Positions 13,840 to 26,269 of a DNA stretch of 64,000 nt are shown piece after piece. The notes under the pieces were generated by a model that did no database searches, was not told the origin of the DNA, and saw only the letters and a list, made by a program, of their open reading frames with translations. The translations under genes and the position numbers were made by a program. The stretch's first letter is position 1. Each line of letters opens with the position of its first letter. Origin of the DNA: Octopus sinensis (taxonomy: Eukaryota); NCBI RefSeq assembly GCF_006345805.1, contig NC_043000.1:113088001-113152000 (forward strand). Reading direction: 5' to 3'.

Positions 13840-14513
13840 GAAGAGAGGGAGAGGGAGAGGGAGAGGCAGGTGAGAGAGAGATCGACAGAGGGTAAAAGAC
13901 AGATGATAACAGAGATAGAGGAGGGAGAGTGAGAGAGTAACAAAGAGAGAGAAAGACGAGGGGGGGAGAGAGAGTAACAAAGGCAGAAAGAGAAGGAGAG
14001 AGGGGGGAGAGTAACGAAGAGAGAGGGGAGGAAGAGAGAGCAACAGACAGAGTAACAGAGAGTTAGTAACCGTAACAGAGAGAGGGAGCGTAACAGAGAG
14101 AGAGATAGCAACAAAGTGTGAGAGAGATAGAGGAGGTAGAGAGAGTGATAAAGACAGAGTAACAAAGAGAGAGGAGGGAGGAAGAGAGTAAGAAACACAG
14201 AGGGAAACAGGGTAAAAGAGAGAGAGAAAGAGGGAGAAACACTGAGAGAAAATATTAAACAAGATAACGAAAGTGGGGAAAGAAATAGATAATACGAGTG
14301 GAAAAGACACAGAGAGAGATATTGTAAGAGAGAGATAGAAAAGAGAACAAGAGAGAGGGTAAGAGGTCATTGCTAAGGAAAGGCAGGTAGGTGTAAGGTA
14401 AAAAAAGAGAAAGAAATTCATAGAGAGAGAGAGAGAGATGGGGTGAAGCAAGGGGATAGAGAACGACATAGAGAATCGAGTATAGCGTCAGAGAAGCGAA
14501 AGTGAGATGGAGT

Positions 14514-14559
<46 letters not shown>

Positions 14560-14580
14560 GTGAGAGAGAGAGAGAGAAGG
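13840..14580 (+). repeat. Polypurine GA-rich degenerate satellite with recurrent (a)gagtaac motif
   Basis: Direct inspection. Confidence 0.8.
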
Positions 14581-14800
14581 GAAGTAAAGAAAAAAGAGGA
14601 AGGAGCGAAGTAATAAGAAGGGAGTGGTAGGTGTTAATTGGTGCAGTTGTGATGTGAATTTATAATTGAAAATGGAGAAATTTTACATATAGAATTGTGT
14701 AAAATTATGTAAAAGAACAATCACGGAGATAGGCAGAAATATAATTCTATACTTGCATGCAGAAACACATGCTTCGATAAACGAATACATATATACATGT

Positions 14801-15157
14801 GGAGGTACAATGGCTCAGTGGTTAAAGCAGCGGACTCGCGGTCAGATGTTCGCGGTTTCGATTCCCAGACCAGGTATTCTGAGAGTTTATTAAGCGAAAA
14901 TACCTAAATCTCAACGAGCGCGTGGTGGAAAAACCCTGCTGTATTCTTTCTCTCTCTTTCTTCCTGTTTCTGTTGTACCTGTATTTCAAAGGGCTAGGCT
15001 TGTCACGTTCTGTGTCACACTGAATCTCCCGGACTACTACGTTATGGGCACACGTGTCTGTGGAATGCTCAGTCACTTGCATGTTAATTTCACGAGCAGG
15101 TTGTTCCGCTGATCGGATCAACTGGAACCCTCGTCGTCGTAACCGACGCAGTGCCAC
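14801..15157 (+). mobile_element. tRNA-derived SINE, family C
   Basis: Head caatggctcagtggttaaagcagcggactcgcggtc..ttcgattccc. Matches 27394 and 59828. Confidence 0.9.
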
Positions 15158-15229
15158 GAGTGTATATACATACACAAACATAAGTTAGGTCGAGAGATGT
15201 AGACTTATAATAATAATTATAGCAACAAC

Positions 15230-15262
<33 letters not shown>

Positions 15263-15294
15263 TATATATATATGGATATATACATATATGTGTG

Positions 15295-15344
<50 letters not shown>

Positions 15345-15350
15345 ATATAT

Positions 15351-18300
15351 AATTTCAACAATTGAGGGCAAAATTAATTAATTATTAATCAATTTCACCA
15401 AGTGTTCAGTATGCAAAGGGACCATTCAAGGCGAATTCAAATTATTACATTATATAAAAGGGCTTAGTAAAATAAATTACTTTGCCGCATACTGAACTCA
15501 TTAGAAATAGCAGCTAAAAAACTTTTTTAAGGCTATTTCTAATACTTAAAGAAAATCTCTCTCATATATAGTGTTTGCATAATTTAACTCACAAAAGTTT
15601 GGGGGTAATGACATCGAAAAATCAAATGCTAAGGTTATTCGAGAACGTACGTTTCAAGATTAGTCAAAACAACATTTCTATCATCGGCTCGGAAATTCCT
15701 TGGTTTGGATTTGGAACACTGAAAATAAGAACATACCCTCTCGAAGATCTGCTCCCAACTAACAGTGTCAACAAATTCAAAATAAGCAAGCGAAGAATCT
15801 CTGTTCTCCCCTTTCCACCAGCGTGGGTTAAAATCATCAAACTCTATGCTTATTTCGGTAAAGTCCGAAGCATTAATCAGAGGGAGATTAATTATAATTT
15901 CAACAATTGAGGGCAAAATTAATTAATTATTAATCAATTTCACCAAGTGTTCAGTATGCAAAGGGACCATTCAAGGCGAATTCAAATATTACATTATATA
16001 AAAGGGCTTAGTAAAATAAATTACTTTGCCGCATACTGAACTCATTAGAAATAGCAGCTAAAAAACTTTTTTAAGGCTATTTCTAATACTTAAAGAAAAT
16101 CTCTCTCATATATAGTGTTTGCATAATTTAACTCACAAAAGTTTGGGGGTAATGACATCGAAAAATCAAATGCTAAGGTTATTCGAGAACGTACGTTTCA
16201 AGATTAGTCAAAACAACATTTCTATCATCGGCTCGGAAATTCCTTGGTTTGGATTTGGAAACACTGAAAATAAGAACATACCCTCTCGAAGATCTGCTCC
16301 CAACTAACAGTGTCAACAAATTCAAAATAAGCAAGCGAAGAATCTCTGTTCTCCCCTTTCCACCAGCGTGGGTTAAAATCATCAAACTCTATGCTTATTT
16401 CGGTAAAGTCCGAAGCATTAATCAGAGGGAGATTAATTATAATTTCAACAATTGAGGGCAAAATTAATTAATTATTAATCAATTTCACCAAGTGTTCAGT
16501 ATGCAAAGGGACCATTCAAGGCGAATTCAAATTATTACATTATATAAAAGGGCTTAGTAAAATAAATTACTTTGCCGCATACTGAACTCATTAGAAATAG
16601 CAGCTAAAAAACTTTTTTAAGGCTATTTCTAATACTTAAAGAAAATCTCTCTCATATATAGTGTTTGCATAATTTAACTCACAAAAGTTTGGGGGTAATG
16701 ACATCGAAAAATCAAATGCTAAGGTTATTCGAGAACGTACGTTTCAAGATTAGTCAAAACAACATTTCTATCATCGGCTCGGAAATTCCTTGGTTTGGAT
16801 TTGGAAACACTGAAAATAAGAACATACCCTCTCGAAGATCTGCTCCCAACTAACAGTGTCAACAAATTCAAAATAAGCAAGCGAAGAATCTCTGTTCTCC
16901 CCTTTCCACCAGCGTGGGTTAAAATCATCAAACTCTATGCTTATTTCGGTAAAGTCCGAAGCATTAATCAGAGGGAGATTAATTATAATTTCAACAATTG
17001 AGGGCAAAATTAATTAATTATTAATCAATTTCACCAAGTGTTCAGTATGCAAAGGGACCATTCAAGGCGAATTCAAATTATTACATTATATAAAAGGGCT
17101 TAGTAAAATAAATTACTTTGCCGCATACTGAACTCATTAGAAATAGCAGCTAAAAAACTTTTTTAAGGCTATTTCTAATACTTAAAGAAAATCTCTCTCA
17201 TATATAGTGTTTGCATAATTTAACTCACAAAAGTTTGGGGGTAATGACATCGAAAAATCAAATGCTAAGGTTATTCGAGAACGTACGTTTCAAGATTAGT
17301 CAAAACAACATTTCTATCATCGGCTCGGAAATTCCTTGGTTTGGATTTGGAAACACTGAAAATAAGAACATACCCTCTCGAAGATCTGCTCCCAACTAAC
17401 AGTGTCAACAAATTCAAAATAAGCAAGCGAAGAATCTCTGTTCTCCCCTTTCCACCAGCGTGGGTTAAAATCATCAAACTCTATGCTTATTTCGGTAAAG
17501 TCCGAAGCATTAATCAGAGGGAGATTAATTATAATTTCAACAATTGAGGGCAAAATTAATTAATTATTAATCAATTTCACCAAGTGTTCAGTATGCAAAG
17601 GGACCATTCAAGGCGAATTCAAATTATTACATTATATAAAAGGGCTTAGTAAAATAAATTACTTTGCCGCATACTGAACTCATTAGAAATAGCAGCTAAA
17701 AAACTTTTTTAAGGCTATTTCTAATACTTAAAGAAAATCTCTCTCATATATAGTGTTTGCATAATTTAACTCACAAAAGTTTGGGGGTAATGACATCGAA
17801 AAATCAAATGCTAAGGTTATTCGAGAACGTACGTTTCAAGATTAGTCAAAACAACATTTCTATCATCGGCTCGGAAATTCCTTGGTTTGGATTTGGAAAC
17901 ACTGAAAATAAGAACATACCCTCTCGAAGATCTGCTCCCAACTAACAGTGTCAACAAATTCAAAATAAGCAAGCGAAGAATCTCTGTTCTCCCCTTTCCA
18001 CCAGCGTGGGTTAAAATCATCAAACTCTATGCTTATTTCGGTAAAGTCCGAAGCATTAATCAGAGGGAGATTAATTATAATTTCAACAATTGAGGGCAAA
18101 ATTAATTAATTATTAATCAATTTCACCAAGTGTTCAGTATGCAAAGGGACCATTCAAGGCGAATTCAAATTATTACATTATATAAAAGGGCTTAGTAAAA
18201 TAAATTACTTTGCCGCATACTGAACTCATTAGAAATAGCAGCTAAAAAACTTTTTTAAGGCTATTTCTAATACTTAAAGAAAATCTCTCTCATATATAGT

Positions 18301-18610
18301 GTTTGCATAATTTAACTCACAAAAGTTTGGGGGTAATGACATCGAAAAATCAATGCTAAGGTTATTCGAGAACGTACGTTTCAAGATTAGTCAAAACAAC
18401 ATTTCTATCATCGGCTCGGAAATTCCTTGGTTTGGATTTGGAAACACTGAAAATAAGAACATACCTTCTCGAAGATCTGCTCCCAACTAACAGTGTCAAC
18501 AAATTCAAAATAAGCAAGCGAAGAATCTCTGTTCTCCCCTTTCCACCAGCGTGGGTTAAAATCATCAAACTCTATGCTTATTTCGGTAAAGTCCGAAGCA
18601 TTAATCAGAG
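15351..18610 (-). repeat. Tandem array of ~6 x 545-546 bp units, PLE/pLTR- or retrozyme-like
   Basis: Unit starts at 15351, 15896, 16441, 16987, 17533 and 18079. The last unit is about 14 bp short. Flanked by (TA)n on both sides. The array is certain; the PLE assignment is inference. Confidence 0.95.
15640..15691 (-). ncRNA. Type I hammerhead-ribozyme-like motif (also at 16184, 16730, 17276, 17822, 18367)
   Basis: Minus strand reads cgag-CCGATGA-t-aga(17 nt)tct-t-GAAA-cg-ta-cg-T-T-ctcg. Stem I is cgag/ctcg, stem III is palindromic aacgtacgtt, the triplet is GUU. The core deviates (U4C, U.U at 10.1/11.1). Confidence 0.5.
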
Positions 18611-18652
18611 TGTAGAATATATATAATATATATATATATATTATATATATAT

Positions 18653-18687
<35 letters not shown>

Positions 18688-18702
18688 GCATATATACATA
18701 CG

Positions 18703-18734
<32 letters not shown>

Positions 18735-18794
18735 TATATACGTACGTATATGTATATACTTACATATATACGTATATATATATATACGCATATG

Positions 18795-18960
18795 TGGATA
18801 CTGGGCTTCACGAAACGGACAACAAAGAAAAAAATACGAAGCACGAGTACATGGAACATAAACTATTCTTTCGCACAACGAAAGACACAAATGTAGACAA
18901 AACAAACAGCGTAAAGAACGACCCTTCATCAGTTGTTTGGCTGTTTTTCTAGTCTCGTAT
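18795..18960 (-). mobile_element. PLE-like terminal fragment next to (TA)n
   Basis: Contains caaCTGATGAagggtcgttc on the minus strand. Layout resembles 24790-25050. Confidence 0.35.
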
Positions 18961-19049
18961 TTTTTAGGCACAAAAATTGGTAATAAAATCTATATTTCTT
19001 CTACAAATCTATTGAAACATATCATACATGCTCTTTATAACATGGGAAA

Positions 19050-19829
19050 ATGAACGTAAATCTTCGTATTTCACCCTAAGCACCGGTAGCGTCAACCAGT
19101 TTTATCAAACGACCAGGGATGGAATGAACAACCTTCAGAAGAGTGCTGTCTGAGATATCATTGTGTGCCTCCTGCATCCGTGTCTCGAATCCTCCAATGA
19201 ACGAGGTTCTGTCTTGTACACCTCCTCTTTTGTGTAACTCCACGTGTAAAAATCACATGGATTGAGATCTGAACTTCTTGGGAGTTCTGGACTTCTGGAC
19301 TTCTGCGGTTAGACTCTTCAGGTTTTAGCCCCTGCACGTAATTGAGTTTCCACGAAGAAAAATCCAATTCTTTAGGCAACACCATACGTACTGTGTGTCT
19401 TGTTATTCCACTTTCGCGAGCTGCTTGACGTTGGCATTTGCGAGCTGTGAATGGACATTTTCTGCACTGTTGCTGCGTTCTCCGCTGGTTGGACGGCCAC
19501 TTCTACTTGCATCGTTCACGGAGCACGAGGTCATCAGCATTGCATGAAAACATTTCATTGTCTCCGGATGTAATGCTGAATGTTTACCTTTCGATGCACG
19601 CCACCATCTCTGAACCAAAACAATGGAATTCTACACTTCATGACGCGCTGGTATCTTAGCTCGCTCCTGAACAGTCAAGCAACCGGCCAACTGGAAAAAT
19701 AAGAAACAAGAAATAAGACAATGATTAAAATAACATTAGTGTTGCCTGTTTGATAAATGTTTCCGTTATGACTTCAGTGATACTAAGAATTCTATAAGCA
19801 ATGCCTAGTTACTTTCCATCCACCCTGTA
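19050..19829 (-). mobile_element. Degenerate Tc1/mariner transposon
   Basis: TA + CAGGGTGgatggaaagtaact TIR-like end at 19827. Decayed transposase segments VQRW..SVNDASRSGRP and WKLNYVQGLKPEESNRR. Confidence 0.75.
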
Positions 19830-19835
19830 TATATA

Positions 19836-19885
<50 letters not shown>

Positions 19886-20620
19886 TATATACTGCAACAG
19901 AACCCAGAAAATGTTAAAATGGCCATGTTATAAGAGGAAAAACAGAGACGTAATTGAAATAATCGAAAGCTATTATCAAAGACCATGAAGAAAAGAATGG
20001 TTTGTCTTCATAGTAATATCAATTGCAACAACAGGTGATAACGCACTAAAAATCGAATATTTATTTTATAATTAACTTTTTGAGGAAAATATCTTGCAAG
20101 AGAGCTAGCTAAAATTTAGGGAACTTTCATTCAAATTTCTCTAATTGCAATTAAATTGAGAAAGATAAAAAAAGTACAGTAGAACTTATATATATACTCA
20201 AGGTACGAAGATTAGCATAACTAGGTCAATATCAAAACCAACAGAAAAATATTGCTCATGCACAAGGCACAGACGAGGTTGATCTGTTGTACAGTTAAAG
20301 CGGGAAATAGAATTTGGATTATTAGAAAATAACATAATGATAATAATGGTTGTTGATGTCTGCTGTCTTCTAACTACATGATGCATGTTCTGTTGTAAAA
20401 TATTTAACAGGAATGATGTATGGATTGATGGTTTGACGAAATCATCAATCCAAAAGTAGCTCGATGTACCACTCTAGCCATGGAACATATTGGTGCGTAA
20501 CTGCATTAGCAAATATGACAAGTAATTTAGGTCACAGCTGCACCAAAAAAAAAAAAAATTGTGAAAATATCTCATACAATTGTAGAAAATTAAAGTGTTA
20601 TGATTTTCTAGAATAGTCAC

Positions 20621-20705
20621 CTATATGCATACAGGTAACGAAATAAGCACCACCTGATCCGATATCCTCGTACAGGACAGGATCTCCAGTTCCCGTAGAG
20701 TAATT
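20621..20705 (-). CDS. Candidate 85-nt exon (NYSTGTGDPVLYEDIGSGGAYFVTCMHI)
   Basis: Strong donor TAG|gtgact, weak acceptor gagttag|. No homology recognised. Confidence 0.25.
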
Positions 20706-20967
20706 CTAACTCAAACAACACTAGCATTTTGGTATATATATAGGATATAGAAAAACTCCCCTAGTAGAAACACTTGAGTTGAAATAGCAAGAGTCTGGAT
20801 ATGAAAACAATTTCAGATGTTATTGAAGTTCTTGGAATTGTGACGCGGTGTTGGTAAAAAGAAATCACTGATTTGTTATGAAGAACTTTTAAAAGGGAAG
20901 AGAAGAAAAAGTGGAATGAGCTCTTATTCTGCGAAAATTATTATCTTCAACTACTAACCACTTATGA

Positions 20968-21258
20968 ATGCGTATGACTTAGGGGTTTAGCCTATTCGGC
21001 TCACGATCAAGAATTAAGTTCTTGGCCACTCATTGCGTCCTTCAGCTAAACCTTTTTAATTTACGTTGCCCCAGTTCCTTCAGCTGTGAAAAAATGAGTT
21101 GTGGCTGTATTTGGAAGGACCAGCCTTCTCCCTAAGAACTGAGTTAAGTGAACGCGTGTCGGTAGGGTGGTCAACCACCTGCACGTTAATTTCAAGAGCA
21201 GGCTGTTCCGTCGACCGGATCAACTGGAAAAGTCGTCGTTATAAACGACGAGGAGCCA
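20968..21258 (+). mobile_element. Degenerate tRNA-derived SINE with C-type tail
   Basis: tattcggctcacgatc head remnant and cacgttaatttcaagagcaggctgttccgtcgaccggatcaactgg tail. Confidence 0.7.
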
Positions 21259-21874
21259 GGATACTAACCACATCTACTAATATTTACGACTTCAGATTGC
21301 CTCTGGAACAATTCTTTACATTAATTCGTGAATGGCATTTTTATAATTTTATTTGTTATCCGTACTGGTAATAATTTTCCTTATCAAAATTAATATTTTC
21401 CTTACCAAAGTCTTTATTTTGTTTTGCTTGTGTTTCCATTTTGTAAGTTGACACAATGTCTGTACGTTTAATTTTCACATTGTCAGCTTTTTAAAAAAAA
21501 TCTATTTTCGTGTATGAAAATAGTCGTAAACGTGTTTGTTTCCTTATTAACTTTCTTACGACGACCACTATAGCCAGCTTTTCTCCCTGCTGCTTCCAAG
21601 ACGGCCATCATGCAATGGAAAAGAAACGATGTAAATTGTTATTCTCCAAAGATTTATAGTTAGTCTGAAATACCTAAGAAAAAAAAGAGAAAAAAATCCT
21701 TTCTTCCTCGTCAGGTGATGTGGTGGACCCTTAAATAATCCAAAACACTTCTGTTAGTAAAACTCAATTAAAAAAAAAAGCCTGTTTTCCTTCGGGTAAT
21801 CTCGTTAAAATTTACTTTGTCACGAGATCTTTGGCATAGATGCCCGTTCTCTTGAACAATCAACTACAACAGCA

Positions 21875-21886
21875 GCAGAAATAATG

Positions 21887-21962
<76 letters not shown>

Positions 21963-21972
21963 TACTAACAAC

Positions 21973-22010
<38 letters not shown>

Positions 22011-22014
22011 CAAC

Positions 22015-22048
<34 letters not shown>

Positions 22049-22116
22049 GCAACAATAATAATAATAATGACAACAACAACAACAATAATAATGATAATAA
22101 TAATAATGACAACAAC

Positions 22117-22156
<40 letters not shown>

Positions 22157-22235
22157 TAATATAATAATAATAATAATAATAATAATGATGATGATAATAA
22201 TGATATCAACAACAACAGCAGCAATGATGATGCTG
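21875..22235 (+). repeat. (AAT)n/(AAC)n microsatellite mosaic
   Basis: Direct inspection. Confidence 0.95.
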
Positions 22236-23039
22236 ATAATAAACGCAAGAGAAGAAGGTAGTAGGAGTGTAATGAAAGAGGAGAAGTCGATATGAAAATA
22301 AATGGGAAGAAAACGATAAGCAAGAAAAACAAGTTGATGATGTGACAGAAGTTGGAGATAACAATTTAAGGTAGAAAAAAACAAAGAAATATGTGAGAAT
22401 AAAAAAGTCAAAGCCAGGAAGGTAGGAAGGAAGAGGCTTTCGATAGGAAAAGGCAGGAGAGAGGCTAAGTTGAGGAATTTGATAGTGATGAGAATGCGAA
22501 GGCAGAATCCGGTGGTATAGGGGTTAGAGTAGGAGAGCTAATGCTGTAAGTGATGACCATGGTAGTGGTGATGATGGCGAAAAAAAGTAACAAAAAACAT
22601 CGAAAACAAAAGGGAAAATGCTACAAGGCACAGCATCTGATATCATTAAGGGTAGAATATAAAAACAATTATGAAAAGTAGAAGAAAAATATGGCGAACA
22701 TTAAATAAGAAGTCGAACGTCGCAACAAACTTCTCCAAATTGAAACAGGCAATTGTCACTGATGTTTCGTTTGAAAGGAGCAGACGTTAATGTGCGACAA
22801 TAAACGGTAGGGAGTGATGGGTAAGGTGTAGGTGAGAGCAGGGATAAGTCGGGTGGATAGAGATATTTTAAAGATTATCACTGAAAGAAGACGGATGGGA
22901 GGAACGACGGTGGACAGGGATATTTGTGGCGGGGTGGGGGCTGGGTTGTATGTGAGATGTTTGATTTAGGGGGTGCGTTGAGAATTTGGGAGTTGCAGAT
23001 TGTCTTCGTGATTGGAATGTGTTACGTGTTTGTTTTGGA

Positions 23040-23600
23040 GGATGGACGAATGAAGAGGGGGGTTAATGCAATAGAATGGAAAGAAAACAGTAAATGTTGA
23101 AGGAATATAAAAAAATTAAAGAAGAAAAAGAAGAGGAGAAAGAAGTAGATGAGAAGGAAGGGGAGGGAAAAGACGAAAGAGAGGAAAGCGATAAGGGGGT
23201 AAGAAGAAGGAGGAGAGGAGGAGAAAGAGGAAGAGGATGATGAAGAAGGGGATAAAGTGGAGGAGGAAGAAAAGAAGGACGAGGAGGAGGAAGAGGAGGA
23301 GTGCAAAGAAGATGAAGAAGATGAAGAAATTAAAAATAAAGGACAGGAAGGAGAAGAAAAGAAGAAAAAGAACAAATGATAAAATGGAGGGTTATGAGAA
23401 AGAGATGAAGGACAATGAAAGAAATAATGAAAGAAAACGAGGTGAGAAGAGAGAAAGGCGAGAATAAAGAGAGGAAAAGAAAGAAAGTAAAGGTGACTGT
23501 CACAAGTAGATTATGGCGAAAGAATGACATCTACCAATGAAAGTAGCAGGGAATGATGCGATGAAGGAAAAGAAAGAAAGGTGAATGAATATACTGGCAG
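23040..23600 (+). repeat. Polypurine (GAA/GGA) low-complexity tract
   Basis: The plus strand is strongly A/G-biased. Confidence 0.85.
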
Positions 23601-24379
23601 AGAATTTATAGCGTTAATATAAAGATATGTCTGAGATGATCTGTATCAGAAAAAAAAAAACAGGAATCAATAAAGTTTCGTAGAAACAAGATGGCGAAAA
23701 CAAGATATTATTTACAATAGGGAAAGAATTATGAAGAATGTGATAGTCATTGAATTTGAAAACGGAAAAGGATGAATGATGGGAAGGAAAAAAATGAAAA
23801 CGTTTGGATGAAATTTAAACACAGGAAGAATACAAGTGAGAGAGAATATTGAAAAATAAAAGTTAGACAAAGTGGCATTTAAATAAATAAACGAAAAAAT
23901 TCATAAAGAATATAGAAATGAAGGAATTCATCAATTAAATATGGAAGTTTAAATCAGGAAAGTTAAGTGAATGTAATGAGCCCAGAAGAAATTTTTATTC
24001 CCTTGAAATTAAATTTGTTACGTGAAGGAAATTTATTGTGGTTATAACTTTAATTCGTTGCGAAATCTTCAGCTCTATCTCAATGTAAATAGGTAAGGTT
24101 GCTGAAAAAAGTTGGTTTAAAGCCCCTCCAAATATCAATTTGATTTTAAATCTATTCTCTATTTTTCGAGTGGGATCTCCATAATTGTTTGCATTATTTC
24201 CAAAGTATTCCCTAGTATCAAAGTTCTCCCTCATATTGTATGTGCGTGTATGCATGTATAATTGTATGTATATATGTTTGTATTAATGTATGTATATATG
24301 TGTGTATTTAATGTATGTATGTATGTATGTATGTATGTGTGTATCTATCTATCTATATATCTCTGCACACTCACACACT

Positions 24380-24431
<52 letters not shown>

Positions 24432-24435
<4 letters not shown>

Positions 24436-24547
24436 ATGTGCGTGTGTTATCCTTTATCATTTACTGGTTTCAGCGTGAGGCTGTGTCCATGCTATAGTAT
24501 CGCCCATCAGTGTTTCGGGTTCTCCTTTCGGTACTGCTTACGTATAT

Positions 24548-24582
<35 letters not shown>

Positions 24583-24692
24583 TTGTATGTGCGTGTGTTA
24601 TCCTTTATCATTTACTGGTTTCAGCGTGAGGCTGTGTCCATGCTATAGTATCGCCCATCAGTGTTTCGGGTTCTCCTTTCGGTACTGCTTAC

Positions 24693-24693
<1 letters not shown>
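24432..24693. repeat. Exact 111-bp direct duplication (24432-24542 and 24583-24693) of a CR1/SINE-type tail
   Basis: Identical copies separated by (TA)n. Minus strand reads gcatggacacagcctcacgctgaaacc. Confidence 0.9.
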
Positions 24694-24729
<36 letters not shown>

Positions 24730-24789
24730 AATAAAATAGAACATATGCATATATATAAACATATATGTACGTACCTACCTCTACATGTA

Positions 24790-25560
24790 CATATACACGC
24801 ATATATGTGTACAGGACACCAAAAAGACGTCGAACACATAGAGAGACGAAAAACATAGACACAAACCAAGGAACAGGACAAGCAAAAAAGAAAAAAAGAG
24901 ATACAGGACAATAAGCACAACGAAAAATCCCCTTCTTCAGTCGCTAAGGTTTCATCTACTCTACGTTTCGAAGGATAAAAGCGAGACGTATACTTCGAAG
25001 AAACTTCCTTCCTGCGAAAAGCAAATCAATTAAAATTCTGAGATATTTTCGCAGAGGGGTAAAAAATGGTAAAAAAAGCAAGACGGTAACGACAGTACAA
25101 ACATATAAACAGTAAAAAAAAAAATTATATATAAACAGTTGAAAAATAAATATATAACAGTGAGAGACAGGACAAGGAGAACAAGATAAGAAGGACTGTT
25201 TACGCCAGACGAAAAAAGTAATGCAAACGCTGGATTATAGTGGACGACGAGAGAGAAAGAATGTCGACCAGTGGCCTTAGAAGGCGGGCGAGAAAAGACA
25301 GGATAGCAGTTACGACGGAAGTATCGTCGCAGATGGACGACGGGAATGGGGGAGGAGGAGCAAGAGGAAGAGAGAGAAGAAGGGGAATGGTGCGAGGAGA
25401 CCATGAAGAATGGTGAGGGGGAGAGAGAGAATGAAGAATGGGAGAGAGAGAAAGAGACAAGTTAAGTGAGGGAAAAAGGACGAAAAAGGGAATGGGAGAG
25501 AAAGAAAGAAAGATGCAGAGTCGCGTGAGAGTTAATATCAAATATATATAATATAGGATA
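24790..25560 (-). mobile_element. Possible Penelope-like element fragment
   Basis: Sits between TA tracts and has cGAAACgta..CTGAAGAagggg at 24928-24975. No recognisable RT or GIY-YIG frame. Confidence 0.3.
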
Positions 25561-25613
25561 ACATTTTTCGAAAAAATTCTATCAATGGCCAGCATATTAA
25601 AAAGTACCTTTAA

Positions 25614-25650
<37 letters not shown>

Positions 25651-25674
25651 GTATTTCAAAATAGAAAATTACCC

Positions 25675-25709
<35 letters not shown>

Positions 25710-26269
25710 TATGTGGTTAGCTATGGTAGGGGCTGGCACAGGTCTGACACTCAAAACGTGCATAATTATGGGCCTTGTTAGATGAATATTCTGGATATTT
25801 CACGAATGATCATTCCCAAGATACCCGCTGTTTCTAAACCGTGATTCTAACTGGGTAATTCGTTGATTCAATTACCAATCTTGCTGCAGAATGGAGGTGG
25901 CGCTTATATCTCTGCACCGGTTAGCTTTGATGCCTATTACCATGTTTCATTTAGGTATTTCCTTCCAATGTCATTACTATATTCCATACCTGTTGTCCTG
26001 TGTCTAGTTCATAATTTCTCAATTATGCCTAAGTTTTTGTTTGATATCATGATATTATGTATTTTTCTTTATCTAACATATCAATGGCTTTTATTAATTA
26101 ATTTTTCGCTCATAAAGTCTGTATTACGGCGCTTTCCTGAACCAAATTCTTTATCAATTCCAATAATTGATCATAGTACACTGTATGTAATAATGATGTC
26201 TGTATTTTGCCATCTGTATTATGTATTATGTGGCCATTATTATCATTCATCTTTTATCTTTCACTGGTT

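Noticed and set aside
15351-18610. CRISPR-like array or rDNA tandem
   Set aside because: There are no variable spacers and no resemblance to 5S or other rRNA. The context is eukaryotic.
15575-18626. Repeated 62-111 aa ORFs in the 546-bp units as protein genes
   Set aside because: No recognisable domain, and single-base indels between near-identical units shift the frames freely.
20210-20510. Peptide look-alikes (adhesion-GPCR TM2, C-type lectin WIDG, Ig YWC)
   Set aside because: Short matches in different frames and strands interrupted by stops, as expected by chance.
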